Under the pieces are notes generated by a model. It saw nothing but the letters and a program-made list of their open reading frames with translations, was not told where the DNA came from and did no database searches. A stretch of 64,000 bases of DNA from Azolla caroliniana (taxonomy: Eukaryota > Plantae > Polypodiophyta), in the NCBI GenBank assembly GCA_043228905.1, contig JBHGNT010000002.1, positions 26,040,001 through 26,104,000 of the forward strand, in the 5' to 3' direction. Positions 25,501-36,420 of this stretch are shown here, in pieces (the first letter of the stretch is position 1; each line of letters starts with the position of its first letter). Position numbers and translations under genes: made by a program.

Positions 25501-26690
25501 CAACCACCCGGCTTCGGATCACGCATTCATCCGAAAGTTGTGTGCTGACTCAAGAAGCCACTCTACGGCCTCAAGCAAGCACCGCGTGCTTGGCATTCGA
25601 AGATAACGCAATATCTTCATCAAATCGGCTTCCGTATGTCAAAATCGGACAACTCCCTCTACATACGAAGTGATTCCGCAAGTCTGATCGTCATCATCTT
25701 ATATGTGGATGATCTAGTCATTGGAGGTGAGCATCTCGTCGAAATCAATAAGGTCAAATTCCTCCTTTCCGACAAGTTTGAGATGACGGACATGAAGGAG
25801 CTCCACTACTTCCTCGGCATCGAGGTAATTCGGACTCCGGCCGGAATCATGATCTCTTAACAGCACTACATCCTCAACTTGTTATACAAGTTCGATATGG
25901 TTGAGTGCAAATTCACGGCAACCCCGCTCGATCGCAATCTCAAACTGGATGCGAACTCTGACACCAAAGCGTGTGAGCCGACTCAGTATCGGCAACTCAT
26001 CGGAAGTCTCATCTACCTCACGATCACTCGACCCGATCTCAGTTATTCGGTCCGTCTCCTTAGCCAATTCATGCAAACACCGCGTGATACTCACTTGGAT
26101 TGCACTAAGTGAGTTCTACAATATGTGAGCGGCACAATGGATTGGGGCATCCTCTACAAGACCGTGATGCCAATACAACTCGAGGGGTACACAGTCGCCG
26201 ATTGGGCTGGCTACAAAGCCGATAGCAGATCAACCTCCGTATTTGTTTTCTCCCTCGGCAGCGGAGCAATATCCTGGAGTAGCAAGAAGCAGCCTACCGT
26301 TGCTCTTTCAGTACGGAGGCGGAATACAAGGGCACAACCGTAGCCGTATGTGAAGTCGTATGGCTCAAAAGGATACTCAAGGATCTGGGCGTACCCATCA
26401 AGGATCCGACATCCCTTTACTACAACAACATGAGCAATATCTATCTGGCTCGGAACCCGATGTTCCACGCGCGGACAAAACACATTGAAGTGCACTATCA
26501 CTTCATCCGAGAGCGCGTTCTAGCTGGCGATGTAGACCTACAACACATTAGCACCAATCTTCAAACGACCGACATCTTCACTAAAGGCTTAGGAGCCGAC
26601 AAGCTATGACAATTCATGGCCGATGTCGGATTGACGATCCCTGACCTGCCAAGCTTGAGTGGGAGTACTGAAGATATTACGCAATAGCAC

Positions 26691-29600
26691 GTGGATTCCC
26701 AAGGCTTTAGTGAAGATGTCGGTCGTTTGGAGATTTGCGCTAATCTATTGTAGGTCGACATCGCCAGCTAGAACGCGCTCTCGGATGAAGTGATAGTGCA
26801 CTTTGATGTGCTTTGTCCGTGCGTGGAACACCGGGTTCCGAGCCAGATAGATATTGCTCATGTTGTCGCAGTAATGGGAAGTCGGATCCTTGATGGGTAC
26901 GCCCAGAACCTTAAGTATCCTTTTGAGCCATACGGCTTCACATGCGGCCATTGTTACTCCCCTGTATTCCGCCTCTATGCTTGAAAGAGCGACGGTTAGT
27001 TGCTTTTTGCTGCTCCAGGATATTGCTCCGCTACTGAGGGAAAAAACAAATACGGAGGTTGATCTTCTATCAGCTTTGTAGCCGGCCCAATCGACGTTTG
27101 TGTACCCCTCGAGTCGTATTGGCGTCGCGGTCTTGTAGAGGATGTCGCAATCCATTGTGCCGCTCACGTATCGTAGAACTCGATTAGCGCAATCCAAGTG
27201 AGTATCACGCGGTGTTTGCATGAATTGGCTAAGGAGACGGACCGGATAACTGAGATCGGGTCGAGTGATCGTGAGGTAGATGAGACTTCCGATGAGTTGC
27301 CGATACTGAGTCGGCTCACACGCTTTGGTGCCAGAGTTCACATCCAGTTTGAGATTGCGATCGAGCGGGGTTGCTGCGAATTTGCACTCAGCCATACCGA
27401 ACTTGTATAACAAGTTGAGGATGTAGTGTTGTTAAGAGATCATGATTCCGGCCGGAGTCCGAATTACCTCGATGCCGAGGAAGTAGTGGAGCTCCTTCAT
27501 GTCCGTCATCTCAAACTTGTCGGAAAGGAGGAATTTGACCTCATTGATTTCGACGAGATGCTCACCTCCAATGACTAGGTCATCCACATATAAGATGATG
27601 ACAATCAGACTTGCGGAATCGCTTCGTATGTAGAGGGAGATGTCCGATTTTGACATACGGAAGCCGATTTGATGAAGATATTGGGTTATCTTCGAATGCC
27701 AAGCACGTGGTGCTTGCTTGAGGCCGTAGAGTGGCTTCTTGAGTCGGCATACAAGTTTCGGATGGGTGCTCGAGTTGAAGCCGGGTGGTTGTCTCATGTA
27801 CACCTCCTCTTCTAATTTGCCTTATAGAAAGGCGTTCTTGACGTCCATTTAATGGAGGTGCCACCCTTTTGTCGTGGCAAGCGCAATTACGGTTCGTACC
27901 GTTGTCATCTTTGCGACCGGGGCAAAGGTCTCTTCATGGTCAACTCCGTGCGTTTGTGTGTAGCCTTTCGCTATGAGTCGCGCTTTGTAGCGGTTGACGG
28001 AACCGTCAGTGTTGTACTTCACTTTGTAAATCCATCTGCATCCGATCGCCTTTTTGTGTGGTGAGGTGGGAACGAGATCCCATGTCTCGTTCTTCCGTAG
28101 TGCCTGGATCTCCTCATTCATGGTTTTGATCCATCGCGGATCCTTGGTTGCTTCGGAAAATGTTTCCGGCTCGCATATTGTCGCCACCTTCATCATAAAG
28201 GCATAGTGATATGCCATGTAGTCGTTCTAGCCGAATCGGCTAACCGGATTCTTTTCACAGGTGGAGCGACGGAGCTTTTCATTTGTAGAGATGAGGGCTT
28301 TCTTTGCTCTGATTGGTACATCGAAGCCGTTGAACTCACTGTTGAGTGAGTGAGTCGACTCATCATCGTCGAAGCGATGATCTTCGTATTCCGGCATTTT
28401 CGCCTTGCCTTTGTCCATCTCCAGGCTAGGCCGTGATGTGCTTTGATCACTCAAAGGCTCTTGTGGTCCGCTCAATCGGGTCATGATCGCACTTTCTTCA
28501 AACATGCGCGTAAGGCGATCTTCATCCTCTATCTCTTGTTCGGCGGATTCCGGGTCGAGCAGAGTCGTAGTCGAAGTTGTCTCTGGTGCATACCAGGATG
28601 TGGACTCGTAAAAAACGACGTCTCGACTTACTTGAGATTTTCGAGTTGAGGGGTTGTAGCACTTGTACCCCTTTTGCTCCAGTGAGTATCCTACAAGGAT
28701 ACATTTCTCCAACTTCGGGTCAAGCTTTTGACTCTTCTCGTCGGGGATGTGCACGTACGCGCGCCGAATATCCGGGTGTGTGATAAGTCCGGCTTCTTTC
28801 CGAAGTATTTTTCCTGCGGAGTGACCTCGTGCACTCTAGATGTTGTGCACTGGTTCATTAGGTAGACAGCCGTATTTGCAGCTTCGGCCCAATGTGACTT
28901 GGGCATATGCTTCTCATTCATTATGGCCCGCACTACTTCGAGGATGTGCCGATTTTTGTGCTCAGCTACTCCGTTTTCTTGCGGAGTGTGTCGGCAAATG
29001 AATTCTCGCCGAATTCCTTCCTTTCATAGATACGTCGTGAAATCGTCCGAGAAGTACTCCTTGCCACCATCCGATCGAAGGCATCGCACATGACGACCAA
29101 TGGCGTTTTCGACTTCATTTTTAAACCTTTGGAAGTGTCTAAACACTTCGCTCTTTTGCCGCATCGAATAGAGCCACGTGTGCCTGGAGCAGTTGTCGAT
29201 GAAGAGCACGTAATATTGGTATACGCCGAATGTAGCCATCTGCGTCGGTCCCCATACGTCGGAATGGACTACGTCGAGTAGACCTTTGCTCACGTTCCGC
29301 TCTTTCAGGAATGGTTGTCGGTGTTGCTTGCCGAATTGGCACGCTTCGCATACACCTTCAATCTCATTCTCTTTGAATATCGGGAGTCCAATGACGACTC
29401 CTTTCGATTTCATTGCTTTGAGTTTGTTGAGATTGATGTGGCCGATTCGCTTGTGCCATAACTCTATGTCGGAGTCGGCTTTCATGCTTTTTGCAAACAT
29501 GGCGGATTTCATCTCGTGTGAATCGAGAATGAACATCCGGCCGTCTCTTCTTCCACGCACAATGATTCGGCCCTCTTTTTCGATGAAGCGCCCTTCTTGG

Positions 29601-31450
29601 TCGAATCGTATTTGAATCCCTTGCTCAACCATTTGGTCGACCAAGACCAAATTCTTTGTGATGGTGGGAACATGCAAGACATTCTTAATGTATGTTTGCT
29701 TACCTCTTTCGCCGAACAGAACATTGCCAATATGCCGAATCGGGTGCGTAGTGTCATCTTCGGTTTCGACATAACCCGGTCGCTTCGGCTCTCGAAGTTC
29801 GAGAACCCATTCTTTATGAGATGTCATATGGTTTGAGGCTCCGGAGTCAAAAAACCATATGTCCTCTGAATTGAGGGTACTAGTTGAGGTAGAGGCCGAC
29901 ATAGAGTTTGCTCTATGTTTCATCATGAACATTCCGCCACAGTCGGAGTTATGTGCATACATTCCGCCACGATCTTTGTAGTCGGAGTTGTGCCCGTACA
30001 TTCCGCTATACTCTTCGTAGTCAGAATTGTGCGCGTAGTTCGTGAGTTGTCGGCTTGTGGAAGCCGATTCGCGCATCTTCTTTCGGCACTCTTCTTCGTG
30101 GTGGCCGAGCTTTCTGCAATATCCGCATTTGGTTGCGTTTTGACGGCTCGGCCGAAGTGGAAACTCCCCCTTCTTGCGAAGGTTCCTCGTTGGCTTCCGT
30201 TTTACGGCCGAAATTGGGAGTTGTTGTCGTAGGTCGGACCTCGTCCGCCTTGTCCTTGGCCAAATCGGCCTCTCGCTCGTCTGCATCCTCTTCCTCTGTT
30301 CGAGTGTGTGTAGAGCATGTGGCCTTCCGACTCATTGCTCCTTGTACGCACGTGGTTTTCTTCGACCAATAGCATTGATTGGAGCTCGAAGAAGGAGGGA
30401 GATTTCTCCCTTGTTAAAACCGTGGTGCGAGGCCGTCGAGGCATACTTGCACCATCTCATCATCATTGATATTTACGCTTATCGAGCCGAACGAATCACA
30501 GAGCTCCTTGATCTTCAAGGTGTATGTCGTGATGGACATGTCCCTTTGTTGAATGTTGTTCAACTCTTGGTGGAGTTGAAGCCTTCTTGCGGTTGTGTTC
30601 GGCGCAAAAATCTTTCGTAGATTTTCCCATGCCTCCTTCGGCGTCTTGGCTTCGCGAATGTAGCCGAGCATGTGATCATGAACACATGTTGCCAAGCAAT
30701 ACATCACGCGGCTTGCGGCTTGCTCCCATGTCGTGTATTCGGGAGCCGTTTCGACGGGTCGGTCTTCATGCGCTCCTTTGATGTAGCTCCAATAGCCTTG
30801 TCCGACAAGGTATTGGTGCATCTTGTACTCCCAAGATGCGAAGTTATTTCGATCCAATTTCTCGGTAGGGAAAGTGCTCCCCATTTGAGTATTCATTATG
30901 TCGATTCTTCTTCTTCTTCTTCTTCTTCTTCTCTCTTCGAATGCGAGCTATGTAGTGACGCTACGATAGCGATGGGTCGGTTCTTGGTCGTTGACGTAGG
31001 ACACAACGCACGCAGATGGGCTAGATCGAGCTAGCAAGCCGCTCTGATACCATGTAAAGAATCAAGAGATGGATTCTGTGCAGCGGAATAGATATGAACT
31101 GTGTGTGTGTATGAGAGAGAGAGAGAGAGAGATAGTGAGAGAGACAAGGAGTAAGACACAGAGAATACACAAGGTAAAAGTATATTAACAAAGGAGAAAG
31201 ACTCAACATTTTACAAGGTGGGAGGAGGGTGCTTTATATAGTCACCCTCTCTCTTCATTAACTACAAGACTCATGGAGCATGGGGAATGTGAAAGCTCAT
31301 AAGTTATGTGTCATAGAATATGATTCTATGACTCATACTAAATGGTAGAATACAAAGTGGTGACATAATGGTGACTCTTGACCGTTGGAGTGTCTATTCA
31401 CTCTCAAGGTGAGTTCACACACTAGACCAAGTTGAGCTTGATTCTCAATA
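26691..31450 (-). mobile_element. Ty1/Copia LTR retrotransposon copy B (same family as A, opposite orientation; truncated at the RNaseH end, no 3' LTR)
   Basis: LTR 31450-31053 and PBS 31052-31041. Gag starts at 30896. Also zinc knuckle CGYCRKLGHHEEEC, protease WFFDSGAS, integrase, RT LYVDDL and RNaseH, ending at DIFTKALG (~26700). Frameshifted and contains stops. Confidence 0.95.
31053..31450 (-). repeat. 5' LTR of Copia copy B (398 bp)
   Basis: Reverse complement of the copy A LTR. The outer TG reads TA and the internal (CT)n is longer. Confidence 0.92.
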
Positions 31451-33639
31451 GTTTCAAAGCCAAGAAACTAAAACTGAAACAAGTCCATTGCCAATAAGAT
31501 GGACTATTGATGGGTTATGGAAAGGACATACATGGGTTATAGAGTGCCATACATTGGTCATGGATTTATGTAGTGTCATGCCTTCAATGGTAATGTGAGT
31601 CGTGTATGGGACATTGATCAATCTTCCCCCTCCCGTTAGGGCCCAATGTATGCCACTCTATAACCCACATACACATAGAAATGTATACATGTATAAACAT
31701 TGGCATGAATGTGGATATGCATTCAATATTTGCTTGTATAATTAATTACAATCCCCAAAACAACGTGTCATGGTTCAAAACAAAATGTAAGTAAGTGATT
31801 ATATTAATTAACCAATCAAATGGGATTGGTCAAGAAGCATTATCATACAAAAAAGGTCCTAAATTAAAAATAGACAAGTGATACAACAAAATACTTGTGC
31901 TTGTAAAGGTGGCAGCGAATGGATACTACCACTAGGTGGGTGAAAGATTTGCTTTAAATCTTAATACCTTTGTGGAAATTCCATTATCTTAACCCACAAT
32001 GAGCATTTGCAAATGTGTATTAAATGTCCATTCAATATTTATTAAAGAAAACGGAAGTGTCTTTTAACAACAAATATATGCATCGCTTCTTGCCTTGTAT
32101 TTGGAAATAGACTTAGTTTACGTACATACCGTAGGAAAGATAAATACAAAGGGTAAGCATGTTTGTCACCTATACATAATAGAACAAGATCCGTAGAACA
32201 TTGGTAGATCGCTTCTTTGTCTGAATTTCCAACATAGTTTGCACAATAAGAAATAAATCTTCAGATTTAATGAGGCTGAATTTCAGAAAACGATGTTGTA
32301 TTAGGCCAATGGTTGTAGAAATTGGAGTGGATATACGATGGCAGTACGTAGTTCCAAGATGGTTGTTCCCCCCTCCCATTAGATGATAGATGGTGTGAAT
32401 GACACGACAAACATGGAGAACAAACATGTGGGCTATTTAGTGTAAGATAAATAAGTGATGTAGCCCATATGGAAGTAGGTAATGTCTAAAGTTGTGTATT
32501 GTATGTCATTTTAACTAATGGAGTATATTCTTCTTTGGAAAAAATAAAATAAAATAAGAAATAAATCTTATTTCTAAGCAATTCCTTAGGTATTAATATT
32601 ATATCAATGAAGAGGGTTTTTCAATGTTATCACTATAAACCAAACCAAGCCATTAGAATGCACTATGAAGTTAATTATTTAGCAAATTGATACGATAAGT
32701 CATTTACGTGTGGGATTATGCGAAAATGAAAATTGGATGGCAAACTTGTGACTTGACCTCCAGAGTAATAACTTTATAATATGTGTGTGTTTATGTGAAT
32801 GTGAAGAAAGTGGAGGTAAGAGACACTGCCAACATCATGAATCTAAGTTAACCTTGAATGATTATCCCTCACATGTGATATATCACATCATGAAACAACC
32901 CTCAATTTGATTCTCTTGTGATATTTTCCCTAAAATGCTCTTACGTTATATATTTCTCTTCCTATTCACAATTGCAAGAGGGGGGTGACATTGGATCCAA
33001 TGGTTACAAAAGGAAGTAAATTTGTTTCACTAAATGCTTTCATACATGTGAACCAATAGACAAGAGTTGAAATTGAGGAAAAGACACGCATACACGATGT
33101 ATGCTTTGTGCATTATGAACAAAAATTTGGAACTATGGTACCGTGTGTTTAATTATAGCATCAGTATGGGCATATTTGATTATAGCCGTAAAATTGTTTC
33201 CAATTCAAAATTATGAGCAAGATTGATGCACACATGGGCCTTGTTTTGTACCACCATTTAGTTGGATGATGCATTGTATTTAACTTAAAGTTTAATTGTA
33301 ATAATTTCATTGACAAGCTAGAAATTTAGCTAAATGATGAAAACATTGTCTAGAAAATTTACCTAGTACAAGTATTTGCTCAAGTAGTTTTTTACTAGTA
33401 GTCTAACTTGATGTGATTTTAGTTCACTCACGACTAAAGGCATGCATAGTACGTATTAATGATCTCCCAAACTCTCTCACTTTATCTCTTTGTAATTTCT
33501 TAAAGAGGGTGGCTCTTGCCTACATTATGTATTGTAAATTGTTCCCTCTTTACATCATAAGTAATCTCCTTGTTTTGTGCTACATGATGGTATGGGAAAG
33601 AAGAACTAACAAGGAGATAAAAGTTTGTGGCACAAAATG

Positions 33640-34096
33640 CAATGAAGGTATGTAGGCACCTTGAACCTAGACAACCTACCTTTATGTAATGTGGTCGTCA
33701 ACACCTAAGAGGCTTTACTCTCGAGTCATGCCATAAAGATCCTCATGGTGGTTGTAGGGTCAACAAAAGATTTGCATATTGATATGTTTTTTCAATATAT
33801 ATGTAGATGGGTCTTCTCCAATCAAACTGTGCATCCAACAATGTTAATGCAAGACATATGGAGTGTAGTTGTAGCCACTCTAAAGAGCCAATGCGACGGC
33901 CTCACGAGCGGATTCGATGGAGTTGAAAGACAATGACCAACCTTCATCCAACAATGGTCTACCTCTCCCTTTCTTGAGTCAATGGGCATCCACATAAGAT
34001 AGAAGTGTCGTGTTCCTATAGGGATTTGTATATAACACTCTCATCTATATAAATTCTATAACTAATGGAAGGAGTTTTTTTTTGGGAAAAAAAAAA
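33640..34096 (+). mobile_element. LINE 3'-end remnant
   Basis: CRWVFSNQ...MQDIWSVVVATLKSQCD resembles the LINE C-terminus at 52888-53076 (CNRLYD...LEIWEKLLAVVRGQYD). An A-run follows at ~34087-34096. Confidence 0.4.
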
Positions 34097-34559
34097 TGTT
34101 ATTAGAGAGAGACAAATTAGAATGTGATTGAGGATCTAAGAGACAAATGATGACCAATATGAGACAAATAAAGCTAGAGGTTTTGGTCTCACAACATTTG
34201 TAATATAAAGTGTGTTGATCACCAATAAAGTTTACTCTAGAAAACGGTTCTTTGCCATATATTATATATTGTGTTTGTACGAGATATTGTAATGCTTTAG
34301 TAAAATTAATATTGAGTTAAGTTTTCGTGTAAATAAGATTTATCATTGAAGACTTGTTCTCCCTTTCACATCACATGCTTGTGCTTAGAATTGCAAATAG
34401 AACCCAAGTCCATCAATGTAGCATTGTGTATTAGCTCATTCATTATGTCAAACTATGACTTTGGAGTTTATTGAAATTGAGTTAATAATGAAACACAAAT
34501 TATATGTATTTCCCCCCAAACCTGAAGTTTAAGTGTGTCATCCATTAATGGATAAGCCA

Positions 34560-36230
34560 AAAGTTCTTTCTTAATGTTGTATGCCTTTAAGGTTGTTGCC
34601 AAGATTCCACTATTGCTTAATCTAAGTTTCTTGAAGATGATCCCAAACTCGATGTTGCCATTGAACTTTGGTAGTTGTCTTTTACACAGTGCCTTGCTTT
34701 ATCAATAAATAAGTGATAAGCTTTCTTATTTGCAAAGCAAGCATCTTTGCTAGACCCACTCCATAAGTAATGCTAGATACACTTTAATGCAATGGGAAGG
34801 CTACAAAAATACAACACCACTTTTAATGATATTTCTTTGAAGGCTACCTATCATACATATAAAACAAGAAGTGGCCAATTAGACTTCACGACATTTGAAC
34901 ACCCGGATGTTGAAGTTTAACCAAATATCATTTATTCTCATCATTGTGACACCCTCAAATTCAATTGTTCATTGAAATACTACAAAATTCCACCACTATT
35001 TGCTCACATGTCATTCATTCATGTATTAAATTACGAGGATGTGAACATGCAACTATGTGCCTCAACTAATACGATCATCAACTTGACAACATTTCCAATA
35101 AAGATCATAATAACATGATCCTTCAATCTAACTTCTGTGAAGCAAAACACGTAACTACGAAGAAATGGAATTGTGCAATGTCATTGGGATTGACTGTCGC
35201 CATCATTACTTATTGTCCTTAAACATTCTTGCTCCAAATGTGTACTAGAGAAGATATATTTTTATTACTTTGAAAATGTCATATTCATTGTTGTTCATAA
35301 ATGATGCCCTAATTTACAGTTGATGATTGTACTAGTCAAAATTGAAAACAACACCCAATGTTGACGGCAAGGACTGTTTTTGTATTACATAGGTCAAGCC
35401 ATGGAAATGCACATCGTAATGATGTGCGTTATGACAAGGGGAGGTACATGTTTGATGCATGCCTAATCTACAATGATTTCTTTAAATTTCCTCGATGATG
35501 TGATAAGATGATTACGTAAGAGAGTTGCCCATCAAGCAAAAAAGACATGGCACAATAACAATTTTTGTTGGTCTAACATTGAGCATAGAAATAAATGGTA
35601 AAAATGTACGGCACAATTGTTCCACACCTCCAATCGTATGAGGAAGCATGTTAATGGCAAGAATCCAAGAATGCAATGGTGAAAACGAGGGATTACACAT
35701 CCTAGTTATAGAAGGGCATAATTTGCCCCAAATAAAAGGCTTGTTTCCACATTGGACCTCCAATCTCTTAGTGTGACCCTTCATATACTACTTGAGCATT
35801 ACCTTGCTAATGAGTATGTGTCAGCTTCTTGGCTTAGAGGTGATTATGACATCTAACCATGCGGTATGCGAACATGGATTTTACAAATTGATTGCGTTGG
35901 ATCTTCTCCATTAATTCATGGACAAACGCTCGTGTTGAGGGTTGATTGGGCCCACATTGGCATTGCTGTTGATAGATGTCCTTATGAGCTAGTGTGTCGT
36001 GTGAACAATGGGTTCAATCGAGTTGGTCCTCTGTCCAAATTTGCATTATGAAGGTAGGAACTAACAAGCAGGATGAGCCCCCGAAACGGTGTAATGGTGG
36101 GGAGTTGCCAGTTCAATGTGTGTTACTGTCGATGTGAAGGGTGTCATGCGAAAGCATGTTAGTGAATGCCAGTGTGGAAAGCTCACTTAGGAGTGCAAAT
36201 AAGGCCCAAAGCATAAAGCCAAATATGATG
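34560..36230 (-). mobile_element. Possible highly decayed Helitron-like Rep/PIF1 helicase remnant
   Basis: Only scattered degenerate motif-like pieces: LFI..G(T)GK-like at ~34680-34715 and SGILATTL (PIF1 motif Ia-like) at ~34590-34615. No intact ORF. Confidence 0.25.
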
Positions 36231-36420
36231 GTTCATTTTATCTTATGTAAAAAGGCATCTCTCTCTCTCTCTCTCTCTAATATATACATATATATATATA
36301 TAATAGAAGTATACATACTGTCTCTCTAATATGTATATATAGATAGATTTATACAATATAACCATTGCTAGATATTCATTGTAGAGGAGTATATGTATCT
36401 ATCCATAGGAATTTACGAAG

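Larger units (their letters stand above)
22157..26690 (+). mobile_element. Ty1/Copia LTR retrotransposon copy A (5' LTR, PBS, degenerate gag-pol; no 3' LTR)
   Basis: LTR TG...CA 22157-22537 and PBS TGGTATCAGAGC. Gag starts at 22697 (MNTQMGSALPTEKLDRNNFASWEYKM). Also integrase HSDVWGP/LRSDGGKEY/PQQNGVAERKNR, RT LYVDDL and RNaseH SWSSKKQ/TKHIEVHYHFIRE. Many stops, frameshifts and deletions. Confidence 0.95.

Noticed and set aside
22152-31455. Single composite transposon with inverted LTR ends
   Set aside because: The flanks ggcat and gtttc are not a TSD and the interrupted LINE does not resume after 31450.
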